Positions 33,637-43,227 of a DNA stretch of 64,000 nucleotides are shown piece by piece. A program made the position numbers and the translations under genes. The DNA comes from an uncultured Candidatus Saccharibacteria bacterium (GTDB lineage Bacteria; Patescibacteriota; Minisyncoccia; Phycocordibacterales; JACOZG01): contig CAZYLF010000001.1 of the NCBI GenBank assembly GCA_964648765.1, forward strand, positions 229,797 through 293,796. The letters are read 5' to 3'. Below the pieces are notes generated by a model that did not search any database, was not told the DNA's origin, and saw only the letters and a list, made by a program, of their open reading frames with translations. Every line of letters starts with the position of its first letter. The stretch's first letter is position 1.

Positions 33637-34179
33637 ATGCAAAGGGAAATAAACGGAATTACATACACGCTGCGGAATAGTGGTCGGGGAAGGCGAGTGG
33701 TGATAAGCGTGAGGTCGGGTGGGGAGGTGGTGGTGAGTAAGTCACCGCGTGTGACGCTTGCCAGCGTGGAGCGCTTAATGAGAGAGCGATGGGCGTGGCT
33801 AACGGAGAAGGTGCGAGAGCAGAGGTTGAAGCCAGCTAAATTACTTGGGCATTATTCGGTGAAAGACTTTAAGGTAAATAAGGAGAAGGCGCGCGAGCTT
33901 ACGCTCGCGCGCCTGACCTACTTTAATCAATTTTACAATTTTAAATTTAATCGAGTTTTTATAAGGAATCAGAAGTCGAGGTGGGGGAGTTGTTCGAGTA
34001 GGAGGAATTTAAGCTTTAATTATAAAATCATTTTCCTCCCGCCACCGCTCGCGGATTATTTAATCGTCCACGAACTGTGCCACTTAGGGCAGATGAATCA
34101 CAGCCCCAATTTTTGGCATCTTGTCGCTCTCCAAATTCCGGATTATAAAAAGCTACGAAGAGAGTTAAAGTTGTATTAA
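33637..34179 (+). CDS. M48/YgjP-like (DUF45) metal-dependent hydrolase
   Basis: 'QKSRWGSCS', 'YLIVHELCHL..MNHS..FW'. Confidence 0.88.
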   Translation: MQREINGITYTLRNSGRGRRVVISVRSGGEVVVSKSPRVTLASVERLMRERWAWLTEKVREQRLKPAKLLGHYSVKDFKVNKEKARELTLARLTYFNQFYNFKFNRVFIRNQKSRWGSCSSRRNLSFNYKIIFLPPPLADYLIVHELCHLGQMNHSPNFWHLVALQIPDYKKLRRELKLY

Positions 34180-35105
34180 CTATTCAATAAGAATTCTATA
34201 AACACAAAAACCATCCATAAGGAGACCAGGAGTTCCGCTTCACTCTTGGTAAGAGATCGGCCGGAGCGCATGAAGCGAAGGAGAAAGAAAGCGGAAATAA
34301 CCATCAAGAGGCCAGTGAAGTAGACAATGCGCTTGGGGAAGTCGAAGGGGTGAACGACCGAAATAATACCCACCACAAGTGTGGCGTCGGCAAGTACGGT
34401 GCCGAGGATGTCGCCGATGGCGAGAGAGTCGTCTCCTTTTTTAATAGATTTGAGAGAAAAAATTAATTCTGGCATTGTGGTGCCTAAGCCTACCACGAGC
34501 ATGCCGATCAAGATTGGACTCACGCCCCAAGCAAACGCGAGGGCTGAAGCAGAAGTGACGGTGAAGTGCGAGCCAACTAAAAGAATAACCATACTGCAGA
34601 GGAGAAGACCGAAATTTTTTAGTTTATGATTTTTAACTGGCGCTAATTCTTCTCCATTCCCGCCATTTTTAAACGCCATGTAATAAAATATTCCACCCAC
34701 CACCATGAGCGCGAGACCTTCAAGACGTGAGTAGTGACCGTCGAAGCCGAGGATGAGAGGAAAGATTAATATAAGCGGATAAGTGGCGTGATTTTTTATA
34801 ATCTTACTTTCCACCTTAATACTCCGGCGACTTAAATAAATTATTAAAGCGAAGACGAGTGTGAGATCGGCGATGTTGGAACCGAAGAGTACGCTCAAGC
34901 CGAATTCTGGCACACCGCGGAGAGCGGCTGTAACGGAGATGAAAGTTTCTGGCAAAATGGAAATGAGCGCCACCACCATAAATCCCACCACATAAGAGGA
35001 GAGTCGATAACTTTGAGCCAGTGCCGAAGCGTAGCGCGTGGCCAACGTGGCGCCTTTAATCAGTAAAAATATTGCCACAACGAAGATGAAAATTTGATTA
35101 ACCAT
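34176..35105 (-). CDS. Sodium:calcium antiporter (CaCA/YrbG family)
   Basis: Alpha repeats 'SILPETF..GSNIAD' and 'GTTMPEL..GDILGT'. Confidence 0.88.
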   Translation of the reverse strand: MVNQIFIFVVAIFLLIKGATLATRYASALAQSYRLSSYVVGFMVVALISILPETFISVTAALRGVPEFGLSVLFGSNIADLTLVFALIIYLSRRSIKVESKIIKNHATYPLILIFPLILGFDGHYSRLEGLALMVVGGIFYYMAFKNGGNGEELAPVKNHKLKNFGLLLCSMVILLVGSHFTVTSASALAFAWGVSPILIGMLVVGLGTTMPELIFSLKSIKKGDDSLAIGDILGTVLADATLVVGIISVVHPFDFPKRIVYFTGLLMVISAFFLLRFMRSGRSLTKSEAELLVSLWMVFVFIEFLLNS

Positions 35106-35174
35106 ACCCACAAATGTTAGCAAAACATAGATCAAACTGCTACAATTTAGGCATTAGAAGTTTTTAAAAATAAT

Positions 35175-35588
35175 ATGCATAAAATAAATAAGTGGGTGGA
35201 GAATTTAGATAATCCAGACTTTGGTAAATTGGCAATTCGTGTCGCGCTCGGTGTGGTGTTTATTGTTGCTGGTTGGTTAAAGGTTAATAATCTCGAGATG
35301 GTTATTGGCGGTTTTGCCACTAGTGGTTTACCAGTGTGGACGGCCTACTTTGTATCTTATGCGGAATTAATTTGTGGAATCTTAATGATCCTCGGTCTTT
35401 GGGTGCGTCATGCAGGTATTGTGATCGCCGTCATTATGGCGGTGGCGATTTATAAAGCTCACTGGGCCAATGGTTTTGCTTTGGCAAATGGTGGTTATGA
35501 GTACACCTTAGTTTTACTCTTGGTTGCACTTGGAGTGGTAACTCTCGGCGCCGGCAAACACACCATTGCAAAATTGATGAAGAAGTAA
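35175..35588 (+). CDS. DoxX family membrane protein
   Basis: 'IRVALGVVFIVAGWLK', 'AELICG', 'GGYEYTL', 'GAGK'. Confidence 0.88.
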   Translation: MHKINKWVENLDNPDFGKLAIRVALGVVFIVAGWLKVNNLEMVIGGFATSGLPVWTAYFVSYAELICGILMILGLWVRHAGIVIAVIMAVAIYKAHWANGFALANGGYEYTLVLLLVALGVVTLGAGKHTIAKLMKK

Positions 35589-35614
35589 GAAAAGAATTTA
35601 AAATTTAAACAAAC

Positions 35615-35650
35615 AAAAAGCCCCGTACCACAGAAAGCACGGGGCTTTTT
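35615..35650. terminator. Bidirectional terminator
   Basis: AAAAAGCCCCGT...ACGGGGCTTTTT. Confidence 0.75.
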
Positions 35651-35672
35651 GCAATACGGGGCGAGGGATTAA

Positions 35673-36176
35673 CTAACAAATCACTTCGTACTCTCGTCGG
35701 AAAAATTCAAAAAGTTCCCGAGTTGCATGTTGTGTGAGTTCAGGCAAAGGAGCCTCACTCTTAGGCGCACTTCGACCCCATGGCTTACCCGTGAGCATTA
35801 GCGACATCACTGGGATATTTAGTGGTCGAACATAATGCCAGCCATCTTGGTCGGTCATTTCGTACACCGTTTTTGCGGGTAACTCAATTCTTAAGGAAAC
35901 TGGCGGCGCTTTCTCTCCCGCGCTGACACCATATCCCATCTCATAGCTACCCTCTAATACACGCATGATTGAGGGCCAGGGGTGCGGATGGAAAAGAGCC
36001 TCTTCTCTATTGCACGGCAATATCCGATGGAGGTAGACGCGGTAATCTCCCCAGGGGCACCAGAGCCTTTCGACGACGGGTGGGTGATAATTCACCAACA
36101 CCCCATTCCACATTGATGGGATCCTCAACAGGTGGGGCAATTCATCCTGCTCTAATCTTTCAAGTACCTCGCGCAT
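35673..36176 (-). CDS. Hypothetical cupin-like protein
   Basis: 'YLHRI..FHPHPW..GSYE..WHYV' pattern. Confidence 0.6.
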   Translation of the reverse strand: MREVLERLEQDELPHLLRIPSMWNGVLVNYHPPVVERLWCPWGDYRVYLHRILPCNREEALFHPHPWPSIMRVLEGSYEMGYGVSAGEKAPPVSLRIELPAKTVYEMTDQDGWHYVRPLNIPVMSLMLTGKPWGRSAPKSEAPLPELTQHATRELFEFFRREYEVIC

Positions 36177-36317
36177 TTGTTTTCCTTTCTGTTTGGGGAA
36201 CTAGATTAACTTCTACCTATTTACTACTATATTTATGTATTTTTTACAATACTCTAAATTATGGCTTTTGACATGAGAGTGTTGCGTAGGATAAGGTAAT
36301 AAAGTCTATTACATAAA

Positions 36318-36644
36318 ATGAAATCCCTTAAGTTCACCAACGATTTAGCTGAAAAAATTTTGGCGGGGGAGAAGGATTCAACCTGGCGGCTTTTTGATGA
36401 CAAAAATTTAACGGTTGGAGATGAATTAGCGCTTGTAAATCGCGACACCGGGCAAGAGTTTGCTAAGGCGACGATCATTTCAATTAAAGAAAAGAAGATG
36501 GGGGAGATTAAAGAATCAGATTTTTCCGGTCATGAGAAATATAAAAGTGAAGAAGAAATGTATCAATTTTACAAAAGTTATTACGGCGACAAAGTGACCC
36601 CCGAAAGTGTGGTGAAGATTGTTAGGTTTAAACTTAATAAATAA
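36318..36644 (+). CDS. ASCH domain protein
   Basis: 'ILAGEKDSTWR', 'VGDEL'. Confidence 0.8.
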   Translation: MKSLKFTNDLAEKILAGEKDSTWRLFDDKNLTVGDELALVNRDTGQEFAKATIISIKEKKMGEIKESDFSGHEKYKSEEEMYQFYKSYYGDKVTPESVVKIVRFKLNK

Positions 36645-36648
36645 TAAA

Positions 36649-37110
36649 GTGACAGAAGTTACCCTTAAACCAGCCACAGAGAAAGATATTGACCTTTTTC
36701 TGGAGATAGAGAGAAGTGTTGATAATTCTAGAACTTTTTCGGCCACCACAACGAGAGAGGAGGCAGAGGAAGAATTCAAAGCAAATAAAATCTTTTTTAT
36801 TGAAAATAAGGGAGAAGTTGTCGGCCTCATTTCTTACGAACCTAAAAACCAAGACTTGGCATATTTAAGTGATTTTATTGTTTTGCCAAAACTGCAAGGA
36901 CGGGGGATTGGAAGAGAAGCGCTGAGACAAATACTTGATGAATTAAAATGGGCAAAAAGAATATATTTTGTGACTCATCCGGATAATGTTCGAGGTTTAG
37001 CTTTATACAAATCCTTCGGTTTTCAAGTTGAAGAACGAAAAGAAAATTATTTTGGTGATGGCGAACCCAGATTAGTGATGGCAAGAATTAATAGCCATGC
37101 TACAATTTAG
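36649..37110 (+). CDS. GNAT N-acetyltransferase
   Basis: 'QGRGIG', 'N..LALYKSFGF', 'NYFGDGEPR'; GTG start at 36649. Confidence 0.88.
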   Translation: MTEVTLKPATEKDIDLFLEIERSVDNSRTFSATTTREEAEEEFKANKIFFIENKGEVVGLISYEPKNQDLAYLSDFIVLPKLQGRGIGREALRQILDELKWAKRIYFVTHPDNVRGLALYKSFGFQVEERKENYFGDGEPRLVMARINSHATI

Positions 37111-37122
37111 GTAAATAAATTT

Positions 37123-37188
37123 ATGGGAAAAGGAAATTTTAGAGAGAGAAAAGAAAAGAAGAAACCTAAGAAGGTTGTCGCGAAATAA
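37123..37188 (+). CDS. Putative 21-aa basic peptide MGKGNFRERKEKKKPKKVVAK
   Basis: ATG after a TGcTACAAT -10-like element; fills the gap before the ABC-F gene. Confidence 0.4.
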   Translation: MGKGNFRERKEKKKPKKVVAK

Positions 37189-37226
37189 TTGCTAATCGCC
37201 CTTGACTTAGGTATCCTTTAATACCT

Positions 37227-38684
37227 ATGGCTAAAGGCGAGATCGTGGTTAGGTTCGAGGAAGTTTTCTTCGGCTATAAACATTCTAAACCCCTCTTGGA
37301 GGAGGTGAGCTTTTCTGTGCGCCGTGGCACCAAGTCGACCATTATGGGTCAAAATGGCGCTGGCAAAAGCACGATTTTTAGTTTGATTACTGGCGCTGCT
37401 AACCCCGCCGTTGGCGGGGCGAGGCCCGAGAGTGGGAGGGTGATTGTGGGCAATGACGTCTCAATTGCCATCTCGCGGCAGGTGATCCCGCGCGCCGATC
37501 TCGAGCTCTCGGTGCGAGAGTTCTTCCTCAAATGTTTTGCGCATAAAGTTTATGATATCGATCCGAAGATTGAAGAAGTTTTGGAGGTCGTCAATTTGCA
37601 CGCGCCGCTTGAGCGACTTATTAAAACTTTTTCTGGTGGTCAGCAGGCGCGTTTACTTTTAGCCTCCGCGCTTATCCAAGATCCTGACCTTCTCCTTCTC
37701 GACGAGCCCACAAATAATCTAGACAAAGCGGGGATTGAGCATCTCACTAAATTTTTGGTGGATTATAAAAAGACTTGTTTGGTGATCTCCCACGATGCCG
37801 ACTTCTTAAACGCCTTCACCGACGGTGTGCTTTATTTAGATATTTTTACGCGCAAAGTTGAGTCTTATGTGGGTAACTATTTTGATGTGGTGGAACAAAT
37901 TAAAATTAGGGTAGAGAAGGAGAATAGTAAAAACGCGCAATTGGCTAAAGAAATTCAGGCCAAAAAAGATAAGGCCAACTTTTTTGCTCACAAGGGTGGC
38001 AAAATGCGTTTGGTGGCTAAGCGCATGCGCGAAACAGCCGAGGAGCTCGAGGAGGAGAAGGTGGATATTAGGCGTGAAGATAAAACCATTCATACCTTCA
38101 CCATTCCTTTACAACCAGATCTTGTCGGTGAGATTTTAAAAATTCCGAAACATAACATTTCACTTAAACGTAATCGCCATTTACTTTTGGCCGGGCCAAA
38201 CGGCATCGGCAAAAGCACAATGCTTGAGGCGATTGTTAAAGGCTTGCCCGACCACAAAGGTGGGCGGGTGGCTGAGATTTCTCCCGGCGTGCGTGTGGGT
38301 TATTATCGCCAGGACTTCTCTAATTTAAATTTTGAAGACACGGTGCATAAAACTTTATTTTCGGCGATGGCGCGACCAGTGGAGGAGGAGATGCGTAAAG
38401 TGGCGGCCGGCTTTCTTATTACTTCAGAATTAATCCACGCCACGATCGGTAGCCTCTCGGAGGGGCAAAAGGGTTTGGTGGCCTTTGCCCGCCTCGTACT
38501 CGAGCGCCCAGGCTTACTTTTACTCGACGAGCCTACTAACCACATCAACTTTCGCCATTTGCCGATCATTGCTGAAGCGCTCAATAAATATGACGGCGCG
38601 ATGATCCTCGTCTCCCACGTCCCCGAATTCGTCTCCAAAATCCGCATCGACGAAATTTTAGATTTAGGAAAAGCTAAAAAATAA
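37227..38684 (+). CDS. ABC-F family ATPase (two NBDs, no TM)
   Basis: GQNGAGKST/FSGGQ/LDEPTNNLD and GPNGIGKST/LSEGQ/LDEPTNH with an interdomain linker. Confidence 0.9.
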   Translation: MAKGEIVVRFEEVFFGYKHSKPLLEEVSFSVRRGTKSTIMGQNGAGKSTIFSLITGAANPAVGGARPESGRVIVGNDVSIAISRQVIPRADLELSVREFFLKCFAHKVYDIDPKIEEVLEVVNLHAPLERLIKTFSGGQQARLLLASALIQDPDLLLLDEPTNNLDKAGIEHLTKFLVDYKKTCLVISHDADFLNAFTDGVLYLDIFTRKVESYVGNYFDVVEQIKIRVEKENSKNAQLAKEIQAKKDKANFFAHKGGKMRLVAKRMRETAEELEEEKVDIRREDKTIHTFTIPLQPDLVGEILKIPKHNISLKRNRHLLLAGPNGIGKSTMLEAIVKGLPDHKGGRVAEISPGVRVGYYRQDFSNLNFEDTVHKTLFSAMARPVEEEMRKVAAGFLITSELIHATIGSLSEGQKGLVAFARLVLERPGLLLLDEPTNHINFRHLPIIAEALNKYDGAMILVSHVPEFVSKIRIDEILDLGKAKK

Positions 38685-38692
38685 TTTAGGTA

Positions 38693-38725
38693 AAAGGAAA
38701 TGGCGTATCCATAAGGATACGCCAT
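38693..38725. terminator. Hairpin between convergent genes
   Basis: ATGGCGTATCC-ataa-GGATACGCCAT. Confidence 0.65.
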
Positions 38726-38766
38726 GCCTAACTTTTTGTTGAGCGGTGTTAACTAACCGCTTAAGA

Positions 38767-39189
38767 TCAAGATTGACAATCGGCCGGATCATTTACAACT
38801 TTGTGGGCAGAGACCCATGTCTTCTCCTTTGTCGGACTGAGTTCCTCAATCACAATCTGATTACCTGGAGGTTTGGATTCGTCAAATCTTATTATCTTTG
38901 ACGGTCCGGAGATTGTGTAGATTCTAACCTCGTCTCCAACAGCCATGTGGTTGGCGGTATCATGATAAGCTCGATGTTCACCACTCTCCGTCTCCACAGT
39001 TATCGTCCCAAATTTGGGATTACTGCTGTCGATAATTTCCACAACCGTGGCGATCTCCCCACTGTACACCTTCTCAACCGGAAGACGATTTGTGCTGATG
39101 ATTAAATAAACTAGCAACGACAGCCCACAAAACACCAAAAAGCCTATAGCTGTATCGATCGGTGTAATTCCGCGTCTACGATTCAACAT
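38767..39189 (-). CDS. Hypothetical single-TM protein
   Basis: Likely start ATG 39189 (MLNRRRGITPID...), TM, then a beta-rich domain. Confidence 0.55.
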   Translation of the reverse strand: MLNRRRGITPIDTAIGFLVFCGLSLLVYLIISTNRLPVEKVYSGEIATVVEIIDSSNPKFGTITVETESGEHRAYHDTANHMAVGDEVRIYTISGPSKIIRFDESKPPGNQIVIEELSPTKEKTWVSAHKVVNDPADCQS

Positions 39190-39265
39190 GTACCTATCCC
39201 TTGTTCTTGTGATAATCTGGCCAGCGGACACCCGCTGTAACCAGAGCAATTCACCATTCATAGGC

Positions 39266-39592
39266 CTAATTGCCTTCTGTCACTGCCAACACAAAGGAAA
39301 CTTGGTCGACTAACGCCTTTTTCGATATGAACACTGGGGTGAATCCATGTTTGGGACTGCCGTCGTCGTTGTAGGAATTCTTTCCACGGCGCCTGCTTTC
39401 CCATCCGATATTCTCCCACTCGGCTTCCGACCCGACATCGCACAGATGAACTTCCCCCTCCACCATTTCTGGATGGGTCAGTTTGATCCCTAACTTACTC
39501 GCTATTGATCCGGTCATTTTTTCTATCTCCGCTTGCAAGGTCCAGAGGCTTGATGGAACCCCCATCAACGCCGTGTTTTCAACTTCCACCAT
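39266..39592 (-). CDS. Hypothetical protein
   Basis: ORF divergent from obgE with TTGACA upstream; start uncertain. Confidence 0.5.
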   Translation of the reverse strand: MVEVENTALMGVPSSLWTLQAEIEKMTGSIASKLGIKLTHPEMVEGEVHLCDVGSEAEWENIGWESRRRGKNSYNDDGSPKHGFTPVFISKKALVDQVSFVLAVTEGN

Positions 39593-39671
39593 ACTAGCAT
39601 AAAAGATAGGTGTTTGTCAAGTCCAAAAAATCATTGTTTTTGGGCGTATTTTAGGGCATTATGAGAGACAT

Positions 39672-40646
39672 ATGGCATTCACTGACGAATTAACGATTCA
39701 TATTAAAGCCGGCAAGGGCGGCGACGGCGTGCTACGTTGGCTGCATGAAAAGGGTAAAGACCTAGCCGGACCGGCTGGCGGCAACGGTGGTCGCGGTGCT
39801 GATGTGTACGCACTTGCTCGCCGTGACACGCATCTTCTTGCGCGTTATAAAGCGGAGAAGGAATTCCGCGGACAAAACGGCGGCGACGGTGGGAGCAAAA
39901 GTAAACACGGGGCCAATGGTGACGACTACAATATTGAATTCCCTGTCGGTTCAATTATTACTAACTTGCGCACAGGTGAGAAAATTAATTTATTGAAGGA
40001 TGGCGAGCGCGTACTCTTGCTTAAAGGTGGTGACGGCGGACGGGGCAATGAATCTTACAAAAGTTCGGTGAATCGTTCACCTACAAAAACCACTAAAGGT
40101 AAAGTGGGTGAAGAGGCTGATTTTTATATTGAAGTAGAGTTGATCGCCGATATTGGCTTAATTGGTTTACCAAACGCCGGCAAAACTAGTTTGCTTAACG
40201 AGCTCACTCGGAGCCAAGGCAAAGTTGGCGCTTACCCCTTCACCACTCTTGAGCCCGCACTTGGCGACATGTACGGCTACATCATCGCCGACATCCCCGG
40301 GCTGATTGAAGGCGCGGCCGAAGGCAAAGGTTTGGGTCATAAATTCCTCCGTCATATTCGCCGGACTAAAGTTCTCGCGCATTTACTCTCGCTTGAGAAT
40401 GAAGATATCGTGGCCGCTTATAAGACTATCCGCGCCGAGCTTGAGCGTTACGATAAAACTTTAATGGATAAAAAGGAAATTATAATTCTCACCAAAACGG
40501 ATTTAATAGAAGATCCTAAAAAGCTAAAGAGCTTAATAACTAAAATAAAAAAACTAAATAAAGATATCCTCACCGTGACAGTGTATGATGATGCCAGTAT
40601 CAAAAATTTAACTGACGAGTTGATGAAAGAACTGAAGGATGAATAA
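39672..40646 (+). CDS. obgE: GTPase ObgE/CgtA
   Basis: Gly-rich Obg domain, GLPNAGKTS, YPFTTLEP, DIPGLIEGA, TKTD. Confidence 0.96.
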   Translation: MAFTDELTIHIKAGKGGDGVLRWLHEKGKDLAGPAGGNGGRGADVYALARRDTHLLARYKAEKEFRGQNGGDGGSKSKHGANGDDYNIEFPVGSIITNLRTGEKINLLKDGERVLLLKGGDGGRGNESYKSSVNRSPTKTTKGKVGEEADFYIEVELIADIGLIGLPNAGKTSLLNELTRSQGKVGAYPFTTLEPALGDMYGYIIADIPGLIEGAAEGKGLGHKFLRHIRRTKVLAHLLSLENEDIVAAYKTIRAELERYDKTLMDKKEIIILTKTDLIEDPKKLKSLITKIKKLNKDILTVTVYDDASIKNLTDELMKELKDE

Positions 40647-40682
40647 AAAAACAGCGCGTTCAATAAATCTTGAACGCGCTGT
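40645..40682. terminator. Terminator between convergent genes
   Basis: ACAGCGCGTTCAA...TTGAACGCGCTGT after an A run. Confidence 0.7.
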
Positions 40683-40686
40683 GACG

Positions 40687-41073
40687 TTAGTTGGCAGTAG
40701 ATAAAGGTTGGCAAGTGTAGATGAATTCTTGTTTTCCAACCCTATCGGTGTTGACCGGCGTCTGATAAACGACGATCATCTTGTTTACTTCCCGATACTC
40801 TGGATTGGCACATTTTACCATTTGATTCTCTTTGGATTTGTCGATCATTTCGACTTGCAGAAAAGTGGAATTACTGTCGTTGGTTACCTCTCTCACCACG
40901 CCGATCCCGTGCACTGTAGATTTGTCGTGGGACTGGAGTTTGATTTTATCGTACTCCGTTCCGTAAATAATACAAAAAATGAAAACAACCATAACCGCCA
41001 GAACAATGGAAATCCCTACCACATGTTCTCCTCTAACCTCAATACCGGCACGTCTCTTTTTTGGTCCCGACAT
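40687..41073 (-). CDS. Hypothetical single-TM protein
   Basis: Likely start ATG 41073 (MSGPKKRRAG...), TM, then a beta-rich domain. Confidence 0.55.
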   Translation of the reverse strand: MSGPKKRRAGIEVRGEHVVGISIVLAVMVVFIFCIIYGTEYDKIKLQSHDKSTVHGIGVVREVTNDSNSTFLQVEMIDKSKENQMVKCANPEYREVNKMIVVYQTPVNTDRVGKQEFIYTCQPLSTAN

Positions 41074-41173
41074 CTTTACCTGCCTTTCTTTTTTTGACAA
41101 AATTAACTCTGTTGTTACCCTAACACATATTATTTTTTTTGCAATAAGCCTCAATTTGTGATATTGTTTGGCG

Positions 41174-41758
41174 ATGCAAATTAGGTACGTAAATGGCTTT
41201 CTGATCAGGAATACCCTCGATGATGATTTTGGGATCATTCATGAACCAACCCAAGATATTAGTCATTTTGCTACTAAATTTTATATTCCTGAGGGCGAAG
41301 TTTGGATTGACCACTGTTTTAAAGATGAAGAAAAGTTTTTACTCGATTTAGAAAGTTATAAAGTTTCTGGCGAGCCAGCGCCCAATTACGTTATTAAATC
41401 AGAGATGATCGATGGATTAAATGTGAAGGATGTGGACGGCGCTCTGGTGAGGCAGTATCTTGATCCTGAATTTATTTTTGGTGGTCATGATTTGGTTTAC
41501 CCGAGCTATATTCCCGCGGGTGAAATTTGGTTGGATAATAAAATGGATCCGAGCGAGCGCGAATTTATTTTGCTTCATGAGCAGGTGGAGCGTGAGTTGA
41601 TGAGTAAAGGCAAGAGTTATGATGTGGCGCATGAGTTTGCCACCGTGAGCGACAAGGAGCTCCGCCGCGCGCGTGGCGTGGGATGTTACCCAGGAGACGC
41701 TAATTATCCGTGGCGCGATTTAAGTAATGAAGAAATAATTAAAAAATATTATGCCTGA
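41174..41758 (+). CDS. Hypothetical protein with internal duplication and HExxE...H motif
   Basis: 'YIPEGEVWID' / 'YIPAGEIWLD'; 'LLHEQVERELM..YDVAHEFA'. Confidence 0.6.
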   Translation: MQIRYVNGFLIRNTLDDDFGIIHEPTQDISHFATKFYIPEGEVWIDHCFKDEEKFLLDLESYKVSGEPAPNYVIKSEMIDGLNVKDVDGALVRQYLDPEFIFGGHDLVYPSYIPAGEIWLDNKMDPSEREFILLHEQVERELMSKGKSYDVAHEFATVSDKELRRARGVGCYPGDANYPWRDLSNEEIIKKYYA

Positions 41759-42254
41759 AAAGAGCGCCAACATTGCGGTTAAAAATTATTTTCAAACTGC
41801 TGGGCTGTGTGGACCGGCGTCGCTCAAAATTCTTTTTTCATACTTTGGCAAAGATTTTACTGAAGCCCAACTTGCTCAATTGGCCAGCGCCACGCAAGAG
41901 AGTGGTACAGAGCATGAAGGGATGATTAAGGCAGTTAAGGAGATTGGGGCTTACCCATTTGTAAAAGAAAACGGCACGATTGAAGAACTCGAGTATTTTA
42001 TTAAGGAGGAAAAGTTGCCCGTGATAATTGGTTGGTTTGATAAAGATGGCGATCACTATAGTGTGGTAGTAAACATTACTGACAAAAATATTATTATTGT
42101 GGACCCAGCCGTTAATGAGCCAGAGCGCTGGCTTGATCGTGAGACTTTTCCGCAGATTTGGTTTGATTTTGTGGGTAAAGACAATCGAACTGTCTCTTGG
42201 GGATGGTATTTGGTCGCAACGTTTGAGAAAAAAGAATTTAAGATTAAAAAATAA
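41751..42254 (+). CDS. Stand-alone C39 family cysteine peptidase
   Basis: 'QTAGLCGPASL', 'HYSVV', 'IVDP'. Confidence 0.8.
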   Translation: MPEKSANIAVKNYFQTAGLCGPASLKILFSYFGKDFTEAQLAQLASATQESGTEHEGMIKAVKEIGAYPFVKENGTIEELEYFIKEEKLPVIIGWFDKDGDHYSVVVNITDKNIIIVDPAVNEPERWLDRETFPQIWFDFVGKDNRTVSWGWYLVATFEKKEFKIKK

Positions 42255-42498
42255 AATTTTATTTTTTAATTTCATAAAACATAAAAAAATTTTTCGCTAG
42301 TAGACGGGCGTGAGTGATTAGTGCAAGCTTACTTAAATTATTAATCAGCCGGTGGGCTTGGTTGTTTATAAAATCAGTGGTGGCCGGTCAAAATTGAACA
42401 CTTTTACCCAAAACCCGCCAGATTGGCTGGTTTTGGGGCTGTGATATAATTCATCAAGTTAGGACCCTGGCAGTATTAACATTAATCAGTAATCTAAT

Positions 42499-43179
42499 AT
42501 GAAAAACAAAAGCAATTTAATTATTTTTATTATCATCATTATCCTCGCCATCTTACTTATTTGGCCAGCAATCAAGGGCCCAAGCGATGATGTGGTGACC
42601 GATAGTGAAGATGTAATGACCGAAGATTCAAGTGATGACGCAATTACAGAAGTGGACGATAAGGGCAGCGATGATGTAATGGTAGAGGTTAAAGATACTA
42701 CAACCTCAAGTGATGTAATGGTTAAGCCAATTACTACAACTCCAAATGGAGACGTAATGGTAAAGCTCACTCCGGTTACTCCAAGCAACTCCATGACCGT
42801 TAACGCTTACTTTACTGCCACGGTGGAAGGTGACACGAGCACTGATTGTTCAGTTGTTTATGCTACCCCCCGCACAATTGCTCGCACTCAAGCTCCTGCT
42901 CGCGCTGCTTTGATGGAACTTTTCAAAGGAGTAACTACCATGGAAGCTTCACAAGGTGTGTCAACAGCTATTGGTTCAGGAGTTAAAATTAATAGTTTGA
43001 TGATTAATAACGGTATTGCCAAGGTTGATTTAAGCAGCGAGCTTGAAGCCAATGTGGCCGGTTCATGCCGAGTTACCGCTATCCGCTCTCAGATTGAGAA
43101 GACTCTTTTGCAATTTCCTACCGTTACGGGCGTCTTAATTTCTGTAGATGGCAAAACCGCAGGGATTTTACAGCCGTAA
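42499..43179 (+). CDS. GerMN domain membrane-anchored protein
   Basis: TM, acidic DVMV repeats, 'AALMELFKG', 'GSCRVTAIRSQIEKTLLQFPTV'. Confidence 0.85.
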   Translation: MKNKSNLIIFIIIIILAILLIWPAIKGPSDDVVTDSEDVMTEDSSDDAITEVDDKGSDDVMVEVKDTTTSSDVMVKPITTTPNGDVMVKLTPVTPSNSMTVNAYFTATVEGDTSTDCSVVYATPRTIARTQAPARAALMELFKGVTTMEASQGVSTAIGSGVKINSLMINNGIAKVDLSSELEANVAGSCRVTAIRSQIEKTLLQFPTVTGVLISVDGKTAGILQP

Positions 43180-43227
43180 TTATTAAGAGTCTGTCCAGTC
43201 GGGCAGGGATTAATTAAAATAAATTAA

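Noticed and set aside
42255-42498. Long intergenic region with one hairpin (42408-42438)
   Set aside because: No convincing ORF or multi-stem RNA; the hairpin may be a decayed CCCGCC-type repeat but the evidence is thin.
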